Source: an uncultured Actinomycetota bacterium
Lineage (GTDB): Bacteria; Actinomycetota; Actinomycetes; Mycobacteriales; Nakamurellaceae
Reading direction: 5' to 3'
Assembly (NCBI GenBank): GCA_963825975.1
Contig: CAWGUZ010000012.1
Location: 250,914-274,913, forward strand
DNA length: 24,000 nt
How positions within the stretch are numbered: the stretch's first letter is position 1; every line of letters begins with the position of its first letter. Made by a program: the position numbers and the translations under genes. The notes under the pieces were generated by a model that worked only from the letters and a program-made list of their open reading frames with translations, searched no databases and was not told the origin of the DNA. Shown piece after piece: positions 18,741-24,000 of the stretch.

Positions 18741-19612
18741 CGCCCGTCACTCCAGTCGGTCGGCCACTCCGCGGTGTCCGTTGCCGGAGCGGTGGCACGA
18801 ACGGTGAACCCGGGCTGGGTGACACCGCCGCCGAGTTCCGGGCGTGGGCCATAGCCGGCGGCCGACGTGCCCGCTGTCAGGGTGGCCGCCGGTCGCTCCC
18901 CGATCCGGGCGGTAGGGCCGCCATTGCCCGACGCTGTCGTCGCCGGGTCGGCGGACAAGCCGCGAACCAGCCTCCCGGTCACCACCCCCGCGCCGAGAGC
19001 CAGCGCGAGGAATGCACCGGGCCGCTGCCGGGCGAACGACCGCACCTCGTTGAGAACACTTCCCGGATCGCGGTTCTCAAGCCACGTGGCCACCTCGTGC
19101 GCCTTGGCGGCGGCCTGGTGGGCGAGATCGGTGGCAGTGCCCTGCTGGTCCGAGCCCTCCGCCATGGCCTTCAGCTGATCACCAACGGCGTGCAGTCCGC
19201 CGGCGACCCGTTCCTGCTGCACCTGTGCCTGATCTGCAAGCTCGGACTGCGCCTGTCCGACCAGATCACGAACCTGCTTCTTCGCTTCGGCAGCCACCTG
19301 GGTCACCTGTTCCTTTGCCACCCCCGCCACATCCTTGGCGGCGTCAGCCGCGCCACCGGCTACCGACGCGACCTGCTCCTTGGCGGTCTCCGCCGTAGAG
19401 GAGTCGGCCGAAGGATCCCCGGACCCGGTTCCGGGCGAGCTCCACGCCGAGTTGCCGGTTGACTGGCCGAGGTTCGACCCTGCGGTGGACTTGTGGGTCG
19501 CCGCCGAACCGTGTGCGGGTGCATACAGTGGGGGCGTGAACGCGCCGTCTGCCGCGTCGCCGCCCACTGTGGTCGACGGGTAACTGGACCCGAAACCTTC
19601 CGTGCTGGTCAT
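18737..19612 (-). CDS. YqjD/late-embryogenesis-like amphipathic helical membrane-anchored protein
   Basis: 291 aa with long Ala/Gln/Lys helical repeats (AKEQVASVAGGAADAAKDVAGVAKEQVTQVAAEAKKQVRDLVGQAQSELADQAQ) and FARQRPGAFLALALGAGVVTGRLVRG. ATGA overlap with the next gene. Confidence 0.75.
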   Translation of the reverse strand: MTSTEGFGSSYPSTTVGGDAADGAFTPPLYAPAHGSAATHKSTAGSNLGQSTGNSAWSSPGTGSGDPSADSSTAETAKEQVASVAGGAADAAKDVAGVAKEQVTQVAAEAKKQVRDLVGQAQSELADQAQVQQERVAGGLHAVGDQLKAMAEGSDQQGTATDLAHQAAAKAHEVATWLENRDPGSVLNEVRSFARQRPGAFLALALGAGVVTGRLVRGLSADPATTASGNGGPTARIGERPAATLTAGTSAAGYGPRPELGGGVTQPGFTVRATAPATDTAEWPTDWSDGR

Positions 19613-19660
19613 TTCCGCTTCTTTCTTGTCGACGCCGAGGGGTGACCTCGTGCGGGTGGG

Positions 19661-20499
19661 TCAGTACTTTTCGGTCGGGCGGCCGGTCAGCGGGCTGTCG
19701 TCTAGCTCGACCTCTTCCTTGCGAACCTCGGCGCTGACCGCCTCTTGTCCGGTCACCGTCTCGGTCCCGAGCCGAACCCGTTCCACCGCAACGACTTCGG
19801 TGTCGACCACCGGCCCTTCGGCATGCAGCACCACCTCGTGTTCCTCTTCGGAGATCTCCGGGCCGGAATACGCAGCGTCGCGGTTGGATTCCGTGATGGG
19901 CTCGCGCTCCAACCGAACCTCCTCGTGGGACACCGGTACCGTCACCGTCTGTTGCTCGGTCACCACGTACTTCCGGAGCCGGGCTCGACCGGTCTCCACC
20001 CGTTCAGTGCCGACCCTGAGCTTTTCCTCGGACCGCGTGATCGCCTGATCGGTGGTCGGCCCGGACGTGTCGTACCCGGACTCGCTATCGACGTGGGATG
20101 GGCCCGAGGCGGTGTCGGTATCCGTGCGGAAACCACCGCCGGTGGGGTAGCTGTCCAGATCCTGTCCCGACGCGTCCGCGTAACCGGTGCGGTACTGCTG
20201 GTAGTAGGCGTACAGCTCTGCCGACTCGTCCTCGTCGAGGTGGGCGGCGTCACTGACAGCGGGTGCGTCCGTCACCACGTCCTTCTCGAACGGCAGCACC
20301 AGATCGTCTCCGCCGAGCGCGGTGCCTGCAAGCGGAACGAAGTTCTCTTTCATGCCGAACATGCCGGTGTTGACAGTGATCCAGTCGGGTACCCCGGTCT
20401 CGTCGTTGACGTACACCTGGCCGACCGAGCCGACCTTTTGCCTTCAGGGTCAACGGCGTTGCGGCCCAAGTATTCGTCAGCGGTTCGTGCATCTGACAT
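19661..20499 (-). CDS. PRC-barrel + DUF2382 (YsnF/AvaK-like) stress protein; N-terminal frameshift
   Basis: ORF 19661..20416 has VYVNDETGVPDWITVNTGMFGMKENFVPL (PRC-barrel) and EEKLRVGTERVETGRARLRKYVVTEQQTVTVPVSHEEVRLEREPI (DUF2382). The true N-terminus MSDARTADEYLGRNAVDPEGK lies in another frame, starting at 20499. Confidence 0.85.
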
Positions 20500-20959
20500 G
20501 TGACGCTTGCTTTCGGTGGTGCCGGTCGGTGAGCGCGAGCGGTCGGCGGTGCACCCTGACGGCAGGCGATGAAGTCGGACGCGACGACGGCCTGATCGGA
20601 AGGGCCTCGTGGGAGGGGTGGTGGGAGGTGGAGAGGAAACGACGAGTTTGCGGATGTTCACGCGCGCACCACTTCTCAGTTCAGGCCGAGCGGAACTTGC
20701 GCCGCGGGGTTCGAGTGCAGCTCCGTCACACCAGCTACCCGCCGGGTCACACCGGCAAACGCGCACACGTCTTCCGGCGATCCGACGCACCCGTCGGCCC
20801 GACCGGATCGGTGCCAGTGAAGACCGCAGGGCGACGGGTCGCGGACAACTGCGGAGGCGTCGGGTCGAGTTGGGGCGACGCTGGTCTGGCCCGGATGGCG
20901 GGGCGGCGCTATGGCGCTGCCGCACGCTGCGGACCACCACCGAGAGGGGTACAGGCGCC

Positions 20960-20985
20960 GTTGGGGCGGGTCGCCCCGCCCCAAC
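20960..20985 (-). terminator. hairpin just downstream of the DUF305 gene
   Basis: Perfect inverted repeat GTTGGGGCGGG TCGC CCCGCCCCAAC. Confidence 0.6.
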
Positions 20986-20994
20986 GGGCTCAGA

Positions 20995-21737
20995 TCACAG
21001 CAGGGCCAGCATCTGCTGCATGGTGGCGATCTCGGCGGTCTGGCTCGCCGTGATCGACTGCGCCAGGGCCAAGGCATCCGGATAGGCGCCGTTAGCGGTT
21101 TCCATCTCGGCCATGGTCAGCGCGCCCTGGTGATGGGTGATCATCAGCTCGAGGAACAACTTGTCGAAGGCGGTGCCGGACGCCGCTTCCAGTTGGGCCA
21201 TCTGGTCGGCGCTCATCATCCCCGGCATCTGTGACCCGGTCGTCATGGCGCTGGTCATGTCCATCCCGGGCGTCGGGTCGGTCGCGCCGGTGGTGTCGTC
21301 CGCCGATGTCGACATGGTCATGCCCGGGGTCATGGAGTGGCCGCCGCCCATATCTGTGCCGGTGCTGACGCCCCACTCGGTGAGCCACGCCGTCATCTGC
21401 TCGATCTCGGGCGATTGAGCTGCCTTGATCTCTGCAGCCAGGTCTTTCACCTCTTGACTGCCGGCCCTGCTGGGTGCCAGGTCCGCCATCTCGATCGCAC
21501 CCCGATGGTGCGCCATCATCTCTTGCGCGAACATGACGTCGGCGTCGTTGTGCGGGCTGAGGGCGGCGCTGCTCGGAGTCCCTTCGGCGGAACTCAGCGC
21601 GGTGTCGGCAACCGAGTTCGTGCTCGAGGCCGTCGATCCCGTGGTGCCGGGCGTCGACGAGGTACTGCAGGCGGTCAGCGTGACTGCCGCGGCGACCGTC
21701 ACGAGGTGGCGCGGTGAAGCAGTGTTCCCGTTCTCAT
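20995..21737 (-). CDS. DUF305-domain lipoprotein, Met-rich
   Basis: In ORF 20995..22599: VTVAAAVTLTACS lipobox, HNDADVMFAQEMMAHHRGAIEMADLA and LFLELMITHHQGALTMAEME, the DUF305 double HH motifs. The N-terminus is uncertain: GTG 21702 is in frame, while ATG 21737 follows a good RBS but is out of frame. Confidence 0.88.
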
Positions 21738-21821
21738 TGCGGTTCTCCTGAAGACGAGGGTCGGATCTGGGTGTGCCGAATCTCCGTTCGAGCCCATGGG
21801 CTGGAACGGGTCGGGGTCGGC

Positions 21822-22349
21822 CTAAATCCGGAGAACGCAGAGCGCGATGACGGGACGGGCGGCACGGCCGGGGGGCCCACGCCGATGCAAGTCGCCCAAA
21901 GGACCGGTGCCGCGCCCGATGTGCGCCGTCAGACGGCGTCGCCAGAAGCCGCGCCGGTACCGAGTCAGTAGCGATGCTCCGCTCAACACCAGGAACAGGA
22001 CGCAGGCCGCCATTCCCTGGTCCGAGCCGTGCGGCCACCGCGGGGCGGCTGCCTCGGCTACCGCCGCCCCGCCGCCGGCGGCAGCCGGGATCACGGCCGG
22101 TGCCTTGACCGCCGCTGTGTTGACTGCCGCTGTGTCGACTGCCGCTGTGTGGACTGCCGCTGTGTGGAGTGCCGCTGTGAGGACGGTCGCAGGTTGGACC
22201 GCAGGCCGCGCCATGGGAATGCCTGCCATCAGATGATTTCCGTTGCCGGATTCGCCGCCGAGGACAAGCATTCCGAACAAGCCGACCAGCACGCCCGCCA
22301 GCAGCAACGAACGGGTCAGTGCACGTGCTCGCCGCAACCGCCGCCCCAT
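21822..22349 (-). CDS. small membrane protein of unknown function (DUF6153-like?) with pentapeptide repeats
   Basis: 175 aa, signal/TM ALTRSLLLAGVLVGLFGMLVLGG, repeat LTAALHTAAVHTAAVDTAAVNTAAV, a second TM MAACVLFLVLSGASLL, and a basic tail. Immediately upstream of the DUF305 gene. Confidence 0.6.
   Translation of the reverse strand: MGRRLRRARALTRSLLLAGVLVGLFGMLVLGGESGNGNHLMAGIPMARPAVQPATVLTAALHTAAVHTAAVDTAAVNTAAVKAPAVIPAAAGGGAAVAEAAAPRWPHGSDQGMAACVLFLVLSGASLLTRYRRGFWRRRLTAHIGRGTGPLGDLHRRGPPGRAARPVIALCVLRI
22107..22196 (+). repeat. 15-bp tandem repeat (GACTGCCGCTGTGTG), five clear units plus one degenerate
   Basis: Units at 22107, 22122, 22137, 22152 and 22167, plus a decayed unit at 22182. 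Encodes [HDN]TAAV on the minus strand. Confidence 0.9.
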
Positions 22350-22439
22350 CCGTCATCCGCGTTCGTCTTCTACTCCAGTCCCGACTTGGCTCATGGAATC
22401 GGACATTTCTGATCCTTGATGCTGTGACCAGCGAATATG

Positions 22440-24000
22440 AATGGCGGCGGGCAAATTTCTGTGCACTAATTCCGGGTCGTAAAGTGGCCGGATGGTGCAC
22501 GTGCGGACTGTGAAGACCGCGTCCGGGGCGCGTGCGGTGCAGATCGTGTACTCCAACCGCGGCGGAAAACGGCGGATCGAGCACATCGGGTCCGCGCACG
22601 ACGACGTGCAGTTGGAGGTGCTCAAGACGGTCGCCCGGCAGCGGATGCTGGCCGGTCAGGGCGAACTCGACCTGGGTCTGCAGCCGCCGCCGGAGGCGGG
22701 TGGCCCGTTGCCGGTGACCTCGTCGCGGATGGGTCTCCTGTGGGACGCCCTGGCCGCCGGCTACGACTCGCTGGGCTTCGGCACCGCGACCGGTGGTGAC
22801 CTGGTGTTCCAGGCGTTGGTGCTGGCCCGGATCATCGAACCGACGTCGAAGCTGGACTCGCTGCGGGTGCTGAGCGAGGTGGGTCTGCCCGCGCCGTCGT
22901 ACGCCACACTGAAGCGACGGTTGCCGGTGTTCGCCACCGACGCGTGGCGCACGTCGTTGTCCTCGGCGTGTGCGGTGTCCGCGCAGATCGGACCGACAAG
23001 CCTTGTCTTATACGATGTGTCGACGCTCTACTTCGAGACCGATGCCGGTGACGGGTTCCGTGAATCCGGCTTCTCCAAGGAACGTCGGCTCGAACCTCAA
23101 ATAACCATCGGGCTGCTCACCGACGCCGATGGGTTCCCGTTGCGGGTCGAGGCGTTCGAGGGGAACCGGGCCGAGACGACCACGATGATCCCCACCATCC
23201 AGGCGTTCATGGCCGCGCACCGGCTCACCGACGTCACCATCGTCGCCGACGCCGGGATGGTGTCCGACGCGAACAAGAAGGCGTTGGAGGCGGCCGGGTT
23301 GTCGTTCATCATCGGCGCCCGCATCCCCGAGATGCCCTACGTGGTGTCCGCGTGGCAGACCGCGCATCCGGGGGTGGAACCGGCGGATCAGCAGGTGTGG
23401 GTGCAGCCGTGGCCGGCGGGGCCGACCGACAAACGACGTGATCACACGGTGTTCTACCAGTACCGCGCCGACCGGGCGAGACGCACCCTGCGGGGTGTCG
23501 ACGAGCAGGTCCGCAAGGCTCAGCAGGCCGTCGAGGGTAAGACTGCGGTGAAACGGAACCGGTTCGTGAAGCTCACCGGCGGCACCCGCAGCGTCAACGA
23601 CACCCTCGCGGCGAAGGTTCGCTCCCTCGCCGGGCTGAAGGGGTACGTGACGAACCTGCCCAACCCGACCGCGGATCAGGTGATCGGCGCCTACCACCAG
23701 CTGTGGCATGTGGAGAAGGCGTTCCGAATGTCGAAGCACGATCTGCAGGCCCGGCCCATCTATCACCATCAGCGGGAGTCGATCGAGGCTCACCTGACCG
23801 TCGTGATGGCCGCGCTGGCCGTGTCGAAATGGGTCGAGACTGCGACCGGCTGGTCCATCCGGAAGTTCGTGAAGACCGCCCGCCGCTACCGCACCTTCAC
23901 CATCCAAGCGGGCGACCACACCCTCACCGCAGCCGACACCGTCCCGGACGACCTCGCCCAAGCGCTCGACGCCATCCGGAAACGGTCAAATGGACACTAA
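22440..24000 (+). mobile_element. insertion sequence (IS1634-like), right end outside or at the window edge
   Basis: Transposase CDS adjacent to cargo-free flanks. The exact left inverted repeat (somewhere in ~22350-22491) cannot be confirmed because the right terminus is not in the window. Confidence 0.7.
22492..24000 (+). CDS. IS1634-like (IS4 superfamily DDE) transposase
   Basis: 502 aa complete to TAA at 23998-24000: SNRGGKRRIEHIGSAHDD, LYDVSTLYFETDAGDGFRESGFSKERRLEPQITIGLLTDADGFPLRVEAFEGN, TIVADAGMVSDANKKALEAAGLSFIIGARI, HVEKAFRMSKHDLQARPIYHHQRESIEAHLTVVMAALAV (the YREK-like region). Confidence 0.92.
   Translation: MVHVRTVKTASGARAVQIVYSNRGGKRRIEHIGSAHDDVQLEVLKTVARQRMLAGQGELDLGLQPPPEAGGPLPVTSSRMGLLWDALAAGYDSLGFGTATGGDLVFQALVLARIIEPTSKLDSLRVLSEVGLPAPSYATLKRRLPVFATDAWRTSLSSACAVSAQIGPTSLVLYDVSTLYFETDAGDGFRESGFSKERRLEPQITIGLLTDADGFPLRVEAFEGNRAETTTMIPTIQAFMAAHRLTDVTIVADAGMVSDANKKALEAAGLSFIIGARIPEMPYVVSAWQTAHPGVEPADQQVWVQPWPAGPTDKRRDHTVFYQYRADRARRTLRGVDEQVRKAQQAVEGKTAVKRNRFVKLTGGTRSVNDTLAAKVRSLAGLKGYVTNLPNPTADQVIGAYHQLWHVEKAFRMSKHDLQARPIYHHQRESIEAHLTVVMAALAVSKWVETATGWSIRKFVKTARRYRTFTIQAGDHTLTAADTVPDDLAQALDAIRKRSNGH

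Noticed and set aside
20995-22599. 534-aa ORF including long sequence upstream of the DUF305 lipobox
   Set aside because: The upstream portion overlaps the small membrane protein and transposase regions and looks non-coding in that frame. The lipobox implies a start near 21702-21737.
23008-23961. 317-aa minus-strand ORF antisense to the transposase
   Set aside because: Shadow ORF; the DDE transposase on the plus strand is complete.

Overview
High-GC (~68%) actinobacterial chromosomal window, resembling Gordonia or a related mycolic-acid genus; this is inferred from gene content, not a database result. Left to right: the end of a PAP2-like membrane phosphatase, an alpha/beta hydrolase and a TPM-domain Gly-rich membrane protein (all minus); tRNA-Ser(GGA) (minus); bacterial SRP (4.5S/scRNA) RNA and dnaX (plus); an MBL-fold hydrolase (minus); a copper module with csoR (minus) and copZ-copA (plus); a mannitol PTS operon (minus: mtlA EIICB - mtlF EIIA - mtlD - ppdK) diverging from a LacI-family regulator (plus), with four near-identical TGTCAYCGGTGACA operators between them; a minus-strand envelope-stress-like cluster (PRC-barrel/DUF2382, YqjD-like, holin-like/YqjE, DUF3618); a Met-rich DUF305 lipoprotein and a small membrane protein with a 15-bp tandem repeat; and a complete IS1634-like (IS4 superfamily) transposase CDS at the right edge. 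The main anomalies are broken reading frames: dnaX has one extra base in a 15-bp minisatellite, ppdK has at least six frame changes plus an in-frame TAG, and the PRC-barrel gene has a frameshift at an A4 tract. These are most simply assembly errors or decay, but the dnaX case could be a recoding site. I see no convincing previously undescribed multi-gene system. The best leads are the dnaX repeat frameshift, the PTS-ppdK coupling and the four-operator LacI array.
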